Assembly: GCA_051362555.1 (NCBI GenBank)
Contig: CM120647.1
Span: 7,130,001 to 7,194,000, forward strand
DNA: 64,000 nt
Direction of reading: 5' to 3'
Source: Lingula anatina
Lineage: Eukaryota > Animalia > Brachiopoda
Shown here: positions 28,964-40,986 of the stretch, in pieces
Numbering within the stretch: the stretch's first letter is position 1
Layout of the letters: each line of letters begins with the position of its first letter
The notes under the pieces: model-generated
The model's database searches: none
Told to the model about the DNA's origin: nothing
What the model saw: only the letters and a program-made list of their open reading frames with translations
Translations under genes and position numbers: made by a program

Positions 28964-29033
<70 letters not shown>

Positions 29034-32000
29034 TTGTCAAAATGTTTCCATTTTTGATAAAGTGCCATTCCCTATTGATGGCCCCAAGAATAATAATAGA
29101 ATGGGCATCAGGGACTTTTTTCATATGTTGAACAGTCACATTGATTCCTCACGAAGTAGCTTTGGTAGAACACATTATAAACTACTGAGATCTGCCTGCA
29201 TATTTTGGTATACACAAGGGAAAAACTCACACCACAATCCTCCCATGTCTGTAAGACATATCTATTAAATTAATGTTTAGTATTTCTATAAATAGTAAGT
29301 GGTACCTTTTTTAATGGATAAATATACTTAGGCACACTACATGAGCGTTTGTTGAATTCAGAAATATTTTGATGAATTTACTTCTGTGAAAGATAGGTAT
29401 TCCAGTCTGTTACATTTACATTTCTAGCTGGCGATGGTCAACTTCGTCTGGTGGACGGTAACGGCTACAACAGCGGCCGTGTGGAGATCAAGTTTGTCGG
29501 ACTGTGGAGGCGTGTTTGTGACTGGGGATGGGGAAGCAACGACGCCGCAGTTGTCTGCCGACAGTTGGGATATAGCGGATATGTTAGATCCGCTGCAGGT
29601 AAGGCAGAATATCACCCCTTTTCTCTTTAATTCTATGTTTTCTACCGAGTCTGATTTGATTTTGCATATTATCCAGTGAACAAATTTCCATAATTCAGAT
29701 TCACCTTGCCCTTCTGATAATCCAGAATGTTATATCGACACCAGACTAATCCACTGTTCCAATTTAGAAAAAATAAGTACTTTGCGGGATATTTAGACAT
29801 AAAGAATAGGCACTTGTAATATTTTCAAACTCCAATACTATACTTGAAGCGACATTGACGTTAATGAAACACTTTGCCTACACGCTCGTTCTTTTAAGGC
29901 AATTTAGAACTTCACGTGGCTGCAACGTCAATATACATTAGTGTGATTAGTGTGAATTCAGGCGACATCTGGCCTAAACTTCAAACATTGTGCCTTACAA
30001 GAAGGAACGTGTTCTTGGTTTCTTTTGAATATATGATACCGTTTTATAGTCTCTAATATTTTGTTTTGGACATTTCAGGTTGGAACCCCAGGGGAAGTGG
30101 GTCTTATTGGCTGCAAAGGGTTGGCTGTGTGGGAACAGAGAGCAACCTTACAGACTGTACTCACGGTGGAGTTGGGGCATATACCTCTTCATACTGTGGC
30201 TTAGATAGAAATGATGACGCTGGCGTCTACTGCCAGGGATACCTACGTAAGTATACGTATGTCTGTTTGTCGGTCGATCTGATTCTATCTGCCTCCCTCT
30301 CATCCCTTTTTGGAATTCATCTGTCTGTCTACCAACCTGCCTGTGCTCCAATGTTTCCTTTCCGGAGCTTATTTATTCTCATGAGAATGGTGTTGGGCTA
30401 TCAAGACAGTAGTATAAGTACGTGGAGCAGGTCGATAATTATGGCATTTTGTCCCTGGAATAATATGCACAACGAGTAAAAACGTACAATATATTTGTTT
30501 TATTCGTCCCATATAGGCCCATGGAATGCAACAAATTTGCTGAGCTTACTTACATGTATGTCCCGATTTAATGAACGTTTGACAGCCAATTAAATTGAGG
30601 GCATTTTTTTTTTGAGTCAGCCATATAACTGCATGTTCATGTTGTGAGATTTGTATTTAATCTCATTATGACGTATTTCAAAACTGCTTTGAAAAATTAA
30701 TAATTGATATTAAAGGGATAATAACTCTTCGTATGAGACCTATATTTCACAATAAAAACATTTTGAATAACTCATAGAAATATAATAAATTCTGTTTTAC
30801 CACAAAAACTGCAGTTATAGCTCGAAATTCTGATATTTGAGCTTGTCTTTAAACCACGTGACCTCCATTGATGGCTATACTCTGTTAAAATCTCTTAAGA
30901 GATTTTAACAAAAAACCAAACTTTTTAGAAAAAAACCAGGGACTAACTTTGAATGTAAAAATGGATTTATTAACCATTGGCAAGTATGGGAAAATTGTTG
31001 TTTACTCCAGGAAAATTCATTTTTGGCCGAAACGAAGAGTTATTATCCCTTTAACCGTCCATTTTTTTCACCAGCGGGCGTTACTCCCCCAAGTACAACC
31101 ACCACCGCACCGAACACACAGACTACAAGAACCACTGTTGCAGTAAGTCGTACTTATTGATTTCACTCAGTACCTAAGTAGTTTTGTAGATGCTGTTTGT
31201 ATACTTCCATTCGTCTATTTAACGCCGTTGACGTTGGCTATATATAAGCGAAGCATCGTTTATGTGTACTGTGGGCACCTTCTCTTAAAAATGTATTTTT
31301 AACAAAATCAAAGATTATATGCAATTCTGATATTAAACCTGTACGCTTGTTAATGAATACATTACACATCCAATAGCTTAATAAACGGGCTAAAATGTTG
31401 ACAGCAAAGGCAACTTGCCCTCTCTTTATATTCAGGTATCACCAGGGAGTAGAAACGTAATAGACTGGTAAGATATATATTTTATATACCAAGCTACTGA
31501 ATAAATCACTTAAAGTGAATACTTAACTACAGTATATTTAGTTTCAGAGGGGACCTAGATGTTATTCTTGCTTTGGCACCTCCTCGTGTGGCGAATCACA
31601 AAACCGGTTCACTTACAACACCTACATCACGTGTTCTTATGGATACGTGTGCCACGTGAGTCTCTTTCTCCCTTTTGCATGCATGCACAAACGAGTACAG
31701 TGCAACCACATGGTCACCCACACTCACACATGATTTCACACTTACACGTACACACAATAGTAAGTCCACATTTGCAAAAACACACACTTATAGGATCTTA
31801 TAAGATCTTATAGGATTCCATATGAATTTTTCGTTAGGGAGCAGCAGTATCCTCATAATGCCCACATTAAGATAAAACACTTTCTGCACAGATTTAGTCT
31901 ACGAAAGGCTATACTCTTCCTCAGATTTATTATATCCTTGACGTCGAAGAAATATTTTATGAAAATATTGCTGTCTTAAATTTCTTCTTCTTCTTCTTCT

Positions 32001-32470
32001 TCCTCTTCTCACAATATTTGTCAAAATTTGCTCAGCCCTTTAGCCTCCAGGGCAAGTCTTGACCTACTGGAAGCTGTGTTGATACCTTAAATAATATCCA
32101 TTATAATGATTAATTTATGTTACTTTAATAATGGTTTTTGTTTTTATTATATGGGTAAACATATCTTTTGCAGACCACGGCCTCGGCGTATCGCAATTAC
32201 GCTCTCGATTTCGGTTCTTCCACCATTGCCTACAGGTACAGCCGCGGGTGCAGAGACCGATCATTTTGTACCAGCCGTGAATTTCTGGGAAGTACCTGCA
32301 CAGGAACTGGGACCAGTAGGGTCTGCAGGGAGTGCTGCGCTACCAACTACTGTAACAGCGATACACTGGATACGTACCAAACCACCACCACCGACAGAGG
32401 ATCCAGTTCCCAGAGTGCATGGTTTAACATATTCATTTTGCTTCTGTTCTATATCTTTACCTGGAAATAA
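19121..32470 (+). CDS. Gene B: signal peptide - SRCR x5 - Thr-rich stalk - Ly6/uPAR - GPI protein (~734 aa), DMBT1/scavenger-receptor-like
   Basis: Exons 19121-19193, 21274-21432, 21755-21922, 24036-24227, 24489-24626, 25328-25519, 26117-26257, 26649-26852, 28834-28959, 29428-29598, 30079-30246, 31075-31142, 31548-31655, 32174-32470. They sum to 2205 nt, in frame, with GT-AG introns. Confidence 0.9.
21274..21922 (+). CDS. Gene B SRCR1 (exons 21274-21432 and 21755-21922)
   Basis: [29 protein letters not shown] / [22 protein letters not shown]. Confidence 0.9.
22400..22880. mobile_element. Kolobok-like MITE nested in the EnSpm-like element
   Basis: ttaa|agcaataataacttc ... acgaagagttattatgact|tta; homologous to 30714-31050. 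Confidence 0.55.
23230..23660 (+). mobile_element. CR1-group LINE 3' fragment
   Basis: [39 protein letters not shown]. Confidence 0.7.
24036..24626 (+). CDS. Gene B SRCR2 (exons 24036-24227 and 24489-24626)
   Basis: [24 protein letters not shown] / [27 protein letters not shown]. Confidence 0.9.
25328..26257 (+). CDS. Gene B SRCR3 (exons 25328-25519 and 26117-26257)
   Basis: [28 protein letters not shown] / [27 protein letters not shown]. Confidence 0.9.
26649..28959 (+). CDS. Gene B SRCR4 (exons 26649-26852 and 28834-28959)
   Basis: [28 protein letters not shown] / [22 protein letters not shown]. Confidence 0.9.
27474..28296. mobile_element. DNA transposon/MITE with TAGTAGGCTTGTT TIRs
   Basis: TIRs tagtaggcttgtt / aacaagcctacta; absent at the paralogous intron position in gene C (~61710). 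Confidence 0.65.
29428..30246 (+). CDS. Gene B SRCR5 (exons 29428-29598 and 30079-30246)
   Basis: [30 protein letters not shown] / [27 protein letters not shown]. Confidence 0.9.
30714..31050. mobile_element. Kolobok-like MITE
   Basis: TTAA|AGGGATAATAACTCTTCGT ... ACGAAGAGTTATTATCCCT|TTAA, perfect TIRs with TTAA TSD; another left end at 15624. Confidence 0.8.
31075..31142 (+). CDS. Gene B short Thr-rich stalk exon
   Basis: [22 protein letters not shown]; ends homologous to the gene A stalk exon. Confidence 0.85.
31548..32470 (+). CDS. Gene B Ly6/uPAR domain plus GPI signal (exons 31548-31655 and 32174-32470)
   Basis: [20 protein letters not shown] / [33 protein letters not shown]-stop. Confidence 0.88.
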
Positions 32471-33292
32471 AGGCACCAAGTGCACTCGTTAGACCCTAAT
32501 GTAGCAGCAGTCATCTCATTTCATAGCAGTTTTACCATTATACGAAATTATTATGGTAAACGATATTCCAGAGACATTCCCAATAACACGTTTTTAAAAA
32601 CGTTTTAGAACCCAAAGTTTCCAAATTTTTGAAATGCTGTTGGACTTTGTGGTAAAGATATAGATCATATTGTCCTTTATTGGTTTAAAATAGTGTTTAC
32701 TTTTTTATATAAAGGAATAGGTGCTGAATTCTTAATTATTTATTTATTTGTTTGTTTGTTTGTGTGTTTGTTTGATGTATAGATAATGTTTAAATACTGG
32801 GATGATAAGATGTAAATGCAGGAAGGAAAACAATGCTGCATAAAATTAAGCTAAGTGATGCGCTGATGGGGAATATCATATAAGGATCTAGCGTTGGCGA
32901 AATGATACCATATGTCATGCACTCTGTCTGTTAACACTCATCTTGTACGCAGTAATTGTGTTATATGCCAGGTCGGCCTACTAATATACTAATAATAATG
33001 ATGGCAATGATAACAATAATAATTACAATCTGTGTTGACGACCTGAGCGCCTCCCTGGGAAGCACGTGATGCTTAAGTGAAATGTGACTGCTTGAAGGGC
33101 ACCATGTACACTGTAGTATAAGTAGTAGAAGTGTAAGGTATGAAACGTATATATTTTATACACACAGCATTGCGTCACTTATTGTTTTGCCTTCAAGAAA
33201 ATAATAACCTACAAGAGAGTTATAATATTTTATCACACTTATTCTTTAATTGTATAAAATGAGGTGTATGAGTGATTCCATTAATCAATTTG

Positions 33293-33356
<64 letters not shown>

Positions 33357-33503
33357 TAAAATTTAGTTTAAAATGCTTACTGCAATTGAATAATATATAC
33401 TTTTTCTATCATTTTGGAATGTGAGCCTAATCTAGAAAAGTAGGGAAATGGGACTATCTAAATGTAGAGCTAATTGTAACGGTAATATCCATTGCGAATC
33501 TTA

Positions 33504-33786
33504 CCCGCACGAAAATGCAGTAGTATCGAAGTAGCAAAGAAGCATTGACGCAGTAGTGGTGTGGAGCATATTTGCAGTAGATATGCAGTATAACCTACTG
33601 CAATTCCACTCCAAAAAGTACACAGGCTTATACCGAGAGGAGCATCAATGCAGTAGATTAGCAGAATGATAGAAGCATGTTTCAAATATACTAATTAGCT
33701 CCCAAATCGGAGCAGATTTGAAGCATGTTTTCAGTATGATTGCAGTAGTCTACTGTGCTGGAGTATCTACTGTGTTTTCGTGCGGG
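33504..33786. mobile_element. MITE with CCCGCACGAAAA TIRs, TA-flanked (copies at 37540-37827 and a partial at ~51329-51573)
   Basis: ta|cccgcacgaaaa ... ttttcgtgcggg|ta; GCAGTA-rich interior. Confidence 0.75.
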
Positions 33787-35930
33787 TAGTGTAATTTGCA
33801 CCAAATCTAAAAGACAGACAAAGGAAAAGAATGTCTTAATATACAGTAGCTGTGTCTTGTATTAGTTTTATTGAACATAATCATTGTGAGTATAATATTA
33901 CTGGAATAGTATGTGTACGCATCTTTTATTTCATAACCTTGAATAAAATCGCTTGAGCAAAATTATAGATGAATGAAAATAATCGTCTCGAAAACAGTCA
34001 TATATTTCAACATTTCGAATTAACAGTTATGTCGCACTTAATACCGGTAACTGCAATCAAAATAATTATTTTCATAACTATATTTTAAAAACTCCATCTT
34101 CTTCGATTTCACAGTTTCATGTATTCATGTGTTCCTTTGTCATGCTAAGTTAGTTTTTGCCTCTTTCTATGCTCAATCATAAAAGAGAAATTAAAGTTTG
34201 CTAGTGTCGCCCCCTTTTATGTGGCTCCTACGTAACTATGCCCAACTGGTACAATGTGCTTTATAGTACATGGATTCATTTCCCTCTTTATCTAAGCTTA
34301 CAGCCTACTAGATTTAGACAGCTGATTTCGTTAAGCCGATTTTACAGTATCTGGCTAAGAGCCTTTTAAGAATGACAGCCCCACAGTACAGGTAGTATAA
34401 ACGTATTTGACATACCCACATTAACACTGTCACCATACGCGGCATGTATATATCGGTCTCAATATCAGTGTAATAACAATTTGCTCAAGATGTGAAGTTA
34501 AACAACGGTTAAGACGTCCTTTTGTAAATTGCACATCAGTAGGCTATAGGTCTTTGTAAGACGGGGTTTCTTTCCCAAAAAGCTACTACAAACTAGTGAA
34601 ATAGGCTCCTGTCCACTACTAGATATAACATTTTGTTAATTGGGGAGGGGGTGTGGTGGTGAAATAGCCACTTCCTTAACTTACTTAAAGTACCTAAACG
34701 GTGGACCAGGGCATTTCTACTATAAAAAATGGGTAGAGGGGCGCACAATCGCAAAACTTTGAACCTTTTCACTTTTTTCCCAATTTTTTTTTCTAAGGGA
34801 GGATATCACTTTATCATTGAAGCTAAAGGAGGGCCACGTGACCCACTGCACATCCCATCTTTGGTGTCGCCATTGCTGCCACACCCAAGATACAACCGAC
34901 CCAGTCTCGACTGAAGCTGTAATCCATCCACGCGACTCTATAACATGACCACACCGTAATTTATCCGTTTATATCAGACTGCTACTTATGAGCAATATTT
35001 TCTGTACTTAAGAACCGGTATACTAAAAGTCCATTGTGATCAAGTCACGAAGTTCTTGGCCAGTTTCTAGTTCACCTTGTGCAAGCGGTACCTACTTTGT
35101 GTACAATACGCATCGTCGTGTGGGCGTGGGACGAACTTGTCATTTAAGGCGATTTTTACAAGTGCTGAGTAAAGGGTAAAGGATATTTTATATCAATACA
35201 AATGTTCTATTGTCGAAGAGTGTTTGATGATGCCCTTAACATAAAATTGTGGCTTTACAGAACAAATAAAAGTAATGTACATTGCCATCGAGGTCCGAGT
35301 GCGTAAGGACGATCGAGACTGACAAAAAGTGATTCTCCTTTTAAATCAAAATTCTGGATTGCTAAAATATATATTTGCATTGCATTGAAGGCATAACTCC
35401 GTGTCGCACGACTGAGTACAGAAACTATCGAAACTACGCCATAAAAACGACTTTAAGTTGCAACCTTAATTACCTGTAATTTGCGACTGAGGTCCTGTAA
35501 CCGAGACGAACTCATCGCAATAATAACACCGATCTTCAGACTCCAAGGATGGTTGGAACTGGGGCGCATGTAACAAAGAATTAAAGAAAACATTCTTCGC
35601 CAGTGAAATAACTGCTATTTACAGCACAAGTCGTGACATACAAGGGTGTAATTTTTTCGAGGAGCAGCCTCGATATTGGTTATGCTCGTTGACATGGTGC
35701 TCATGACTACTTATTTAAAATTCGCGTTTTGAAATCGTGGCGCGACCTCGATAAAACACGTTACCGTCTTAACTATTCCTTATATAAATTCAGATAACAG
35801 CTTGTTCTTCGGTGGTTTAGATTAGTATATACCTTTTATATAAGGAAGTATTTGCTGAAAATTTATTTCTTTCTTTCTTTCTTTATTCATTTATTTATTT
35901 ATAATTGCTCTCTGTTATCTGATTCACCTG

Positions 35931-36837
35931 GGCCCGCTTTCATCAAGGCTGGACAGCGCTATCGTATGGATAATAATGGCAGCTATGCTCCGGATAGAGC
36001 TATCCAGAGGATAGTGTGTTTCATCAACAGTGGATAACGTTATCCAGGGGATAAATCAGCTTATCTAGAGGATAAAGTTGTCCGCTCGAAATAGGTTGGA
36101 TAAATCTGCTAACATGCTGTTAAATCATCAAAAATGGCGAACCTGCTTGCTTTGGGAGTAAATCCTATGAGATTTCACAATGATTAGAAAGAGAATTTTA
36201 GAAGATGTGTGTTTGCTCTTGATGCTTTAAGTGATACTGAATCAATAGATTACATAAAAGACTTGATCAAAGTTGACACGGCGCCTGCTACGAACAGGAC
36301 CCATGCAATCTCCGTGACAGATTTATTATCTTTTATTTTACTAAAACATACCTTTTAAATCGACGAAAAAAGTCTACGCTGCTATTGACAGAATCTGTCA
36401 AACGTGCCAAGTCAGCCATTTTGTTAGAAAGTATGTCACGACCTTGCCCTGGATATGTTTTTGACACTGACGTTAAAATATCCTGTATATATTTTTCCCA
36501 TTATTTTAATGAATGTACCATCTTGAAATATACTAAGAATATTGTTTATTATGGGCAATTCATTTTCCAAATATGATATAGATCACTTTTTTGTTAGCAA
36601 CTATCATGGCTTTTATAATGTTTATAGCAACCAACTGCATTATGGGAATGTCTTTTTCCAAATATGGTAATAGATGAATTTTAATCCACTGGATTACCAT
36701 CATGGTGCTTATCCAGCCTTTGTGAAACACACATTTATGCATAGGCTCATTGTCCAGAGAATAAGAGATTTATACACATGTACCATGGATATTGTTATCC
36801 ATAGGATAGCGCTATCCAGCCTTGATGAAACCGGGCC
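35931..36837 (+). mobile_element. PIF/Harbinger deletion derivative
   Basis: TIRs GGCCCG(C/G)TTTCATCAAGGCTGGA; decayed HARBI1-like N-terminus (MANLLAL..ALDALSDTE) near 36134. Confidence 0.7.
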
Positions 36838-37539
36838 AGGTATATTTGTCTATCACTGAGAAGGGGGAAAAAAGAAGAAGTGCATGTTGAAGTGTACAGT
36901 CTTGCAGATGGTCAGTTAGGCCAGTGTGACAGGCATGGTAGTCTGCAAGGTATATCATTCCTTTTCCAGTTACTTTGTACATGTGATATTCGCCCCATAT
37001 ACCTACCCAATACATCTACTAATCCTAACCTCAGTTACCTGTTCTAATCATGTGGGACCCGGACTTCCATTCCTAGGGCTACCACTCCTATCACACCGAA
37101 GTTAGTAGCATAGGGAATATTGTGCAATTCATGCACTGCATCGGCGACGTGGAAAATTGTTACTGAACTGTTTTGAACTGGCACATTCACCCTATTTAAC
37201 AGTGTGACCATGAGAAAACCAGACAAATTGATCGAAAAGTGGCAAGATGAGGGTCAACAGATTGTAAATATTTTTTGGTGTGGCCAACCATCAACATGAT
37301 AGATATTGGCAGCCACTGGTTTTCTTATTAGAGATCATTACTTTTAAAGATATGGGACAAAGTATTTATGGCAAAATATACCATATTTTAGATCTTGAAA
37401 AGCTATAATTTTAATTATTCTTTAAAAATCATATACTGCATAATAAATTATTAAGGTAAGCCATATAAGCGGGATGGCTTAGCGAAAATCGTAGCCACAA
37501 GTCTCGTACGTTTGTCGAACACGCCCACCTATTGAAATA

Positions 37540-37827
37540 CTCGCAAGAAAATGCAGTAGTATTGCAGTAGCAAAGAAGCATTGATCTAACGCAGTAGTGG
37601 TGTGGAGCATATTTGCAGTAGAAATGCAGTATAGCCTACTGCAATTCTACTTTAAAAATTACATAGGATGTACAGAGGAGGAGCACTAATGCAGTAGATT
37701 AGCAGCATGATAGAAGCATGTTTCAAATATGCTAATTAGCTCCCACAAAGAAGCAGATTTGAAGCATGTTTGCAGTATGATTGCAGTAGTCTACTGCGCT
37801 GGAGTATCTACTTCGTTTTCGTGCGGG
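37540..37827. mobile_element. Second copy of the CCCGCACGAAAA MITE, ~340 bp upstream of the gene C ATG
   Basis: High similarity to 33504-33786. Confidence 0.75.
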
Positions 37828-38166
37828 TAGTGGCTAGAGTCGGTTTTGCTGATACGGGTTATATAAGAAATCAAGATCGAGTTGGCAAATCTGAGATCTA
37901 GAACCTAGTGTGGCGGTCTGCGGCACTAATTTGATTTATAATGTCAAAAGGTAACAACTGCCCTGAGTGTCACGGTAGTTGACCCCTATCTTGTCACCCT
38001 CTGATTAGTCTATTCACCTTTGCGTCATGGAAAATAATCCCGCGCATATATACATATATCTATACGCTCGGGATTATATATATATACATATAGATATACG
38101 CTTTGAACAGCACAACGCAGATTAAAACTTGTCACGCAGAGATAGATTTACCCGGCTGAGGTGAAG

Positions 38167-38239
38167 ATGTGGCGGTTGAACACATTTGTATTTTTTCTGT
38201 TGGTCATTTCATGGATTCCCGGCGGTATTCAAGGTCAAA
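38167..38239 (+). CDS. Gene C exon 1, signal peptide
   Basis: [24 protein letters not shown]; 73 nt like exon 1 of B; gtaagt donor. Confidence 0.8.
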
Positions 38240-40953
38240 GTAAGTAGATATTACTAACCTAAAATAAGACTAAACATTGTATCGAAAAGGTTAAACCTGA
38301 AAGAAATTTGTGTTTTTTTTTTCGATTTTAAGTAGGTATAAAAAAGTTGGAAAGAATCGTCATGGTGATTTATGGCAAGAATCGTTTCCCTTTATAATAT
38401 ATTTAATAACAATATTTATTTGAAACTGTACTAAAATTATCAATTCTAAGAAAAGTTTCAGACATAAAAACATTTTCTAAAATACATTTTAAAAGACATT
38501 TAAAAGACATTTAAGTTTCAAGAAGTGTATTGTATTCTAATTTTTTGATGTATTTGGTAAAATCATGGAATTGCTTAAAATATAATGTTATACATTACCT
38601 TGAGGACATTTCAACAGGCTTTGAGTGATATAGCACCTACATGTACATAAACAATGTCAGGCCTTATCTTTTTTCAATAGTTTTACAATATTAATAAGTT
38701 GATTAGTCTGTTAGAAGGTTTGAGGTACGACATTTATATCGCCTAGAGGTATATTTGTAATGTGTCTTGATGTCATACAGTCTAGCATGAAGCACTCCTT
38801 GCGTAGATTCACTTTGTGTTCGTTTTTCTGACATTCTTCATAAGCCTGGATGAGATTAAATAAGTGTGCAAAGTGAACCATGAATATTTTCTGGTTCATT
38901 TAGTCAGTACAATGAATGTTAAGGGTGCATATGACGAAAGCGTGGGCGTTTCAATTACTTGAGTTTTATATTATTATATTTTATCTTGTGTAGGCATTTT
39001 TTTAGCATAATTACCTACATGAAGGCGATCTTGCTCGTGTGCCTACTTGTTTATGATGTATTTTAACTGTCTCAATGGTCCTCATGGAATAACCAAACTT
39101 TCTGGAAATCCGTCGGGTCAAAAATCCCTCCTATCCCTGCCGCTTGGTAAAAAGTGTACCCCTCTCATTTAGGAGCAGCATATTCAAGGTAAATGGAGTT
39201 TAAGTATTAATATTTTACGTTAGGTTGACCAATGATGAACTACTCACATCCTCAATATATAAGATGACTGGCTGTGCATTTAGTATGTAATAGTTAAAGT
39301 AAACTACGAAAACTCTTGTAACAATGACCATAATTACGTCATGGATGGTATTTTGGAAGGGGGGTATATTCTGTGTATATCAATAAATTGAAATACTTGT
39401 CAGCACCATAGGTAATTATTTAGTTTTCTGTACGTTGATATAGGGACAACCGTTATACAAGGTTACATGTAGTCCATAGCTCAGTTATTTTAATTTAAAG
39501 AGTATTAGAATCACGCATTGTGCTTTCTTTGACTCCGCCAGGCGATGATGATCGATTCAGTAAACGTTAACGACGCAACTTGTCTGAAAATTTGTCTCAC
39601 GCGTTAGCCCGGGGTCAGATAAGGCTCACCTGAAAATGAAATCTTATCACTATAATTTAAACTTTAGACCAATATCTGTCGTTTTTCAAACATCGACAGG
39701 TAGGTGGTTATTGACTTTATGGGTAAAACTGAGTTATCGTCGTTTTGAACCAGGGACGTAACTGACTCGAAGCTCTGTCGAGTAAACAAGTTCAGGGTCA
39801 GTTTAAGTACATTACATAAAATCGTCTTTAAGAACAGTAAATGAATAGGTCTGATAAGTGAACACACTATTTTCAGTGAATGTCAAACAATAGATATAAA
39901 AATCTCTGGCTATAAGACATATTTTCTGAGCAAAAAAAAAAGTTTTCATCGAAGTTTCGCGAGGGTGTCTTGGCAAACACTAGGTTTTTTTAAAGATCCA
40001 CAAAATATACACTCAATTCTAGTGCACGGAGACCACCAACTGGTGATGATGATGTTGTTGTAAAGCGAATAACTTACAGTTTCACTGATCACAGATAACA
40101 ATTAAAACGGAATTAAAACGAGTGAAAGGATAGGGAGTTATTAAGTGTAAATTAAGTTTCATCAAGAGTTAACAAGTGAGGAACATGTTTTAGTGTCAAA
40201 TAAAGATGGAAAATGTCAAAGTCAATAATAGTTTATGTGATTGGTTAATTTCATAACAAATTTCAATTTCGATCATCTGTTTATCACATGATATCTGAGT
40301 TTTGGATAAGGTCCAAGCATGAGTAATTCAAATAATATTTTTAATATCTTTAATTGACAATGATGACTTGCAACATGCGAATGGAACATATATTTTAATC
40401 ACGCAAAGACAATGGAAAGAAAACAAAACAGATGCATGATCAGTGCGCAGAAATAGAGTTTTAATACTTGTGACATTGTAAGAAAAGTTGATCAGTGAAT
40501 AAACGTTCCAAAGCTCCAGACTGTTGTCGTTATTCTTCACTATAACAAGTGTTGGAGGAAAAATCGACCCCTGCTCTACCGAGGCAAGTGGAACGGCGAT
40601 ACAGTTATAGTGATGACGGCGACTGGAGCGTAGACACCGATGGGTTCACACCATCCACCCAAGGGCAAACATCGTCAGTGCCCCAGCGCAGAGGAAACTG
40701 GGTATTGAAAATAGCCAGAAATCATTATTGTCAGCAACAATGAATACATTTTTAAAAAGCTGAAGATGTCCTCAGATTTATCTTTAGCGCCAGAAAAGTT
40801 AACAGGCAACGAAGATGAAACTGTGGAAATGTGGTTAAAACACTTTAAAACCAAACACAGAATAAACAATGAGAAGATGAGCAAAGTACCGCCTTATATT
40901 TCCTCTCTTACTGAATCAAACAGTGTTAGACTGGTATGAGTGTTTACCACTGG

Positions 40954-40986
<33 letters not shown>

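Noticed and set aside
19121-32470. Assigning the symbol DMBT1 or CD163
   Set aside because: The domains are 6-Cys split-exon group A type, there is no CUB/ZP or cytoplasmic tail, and orthology is unsupported.
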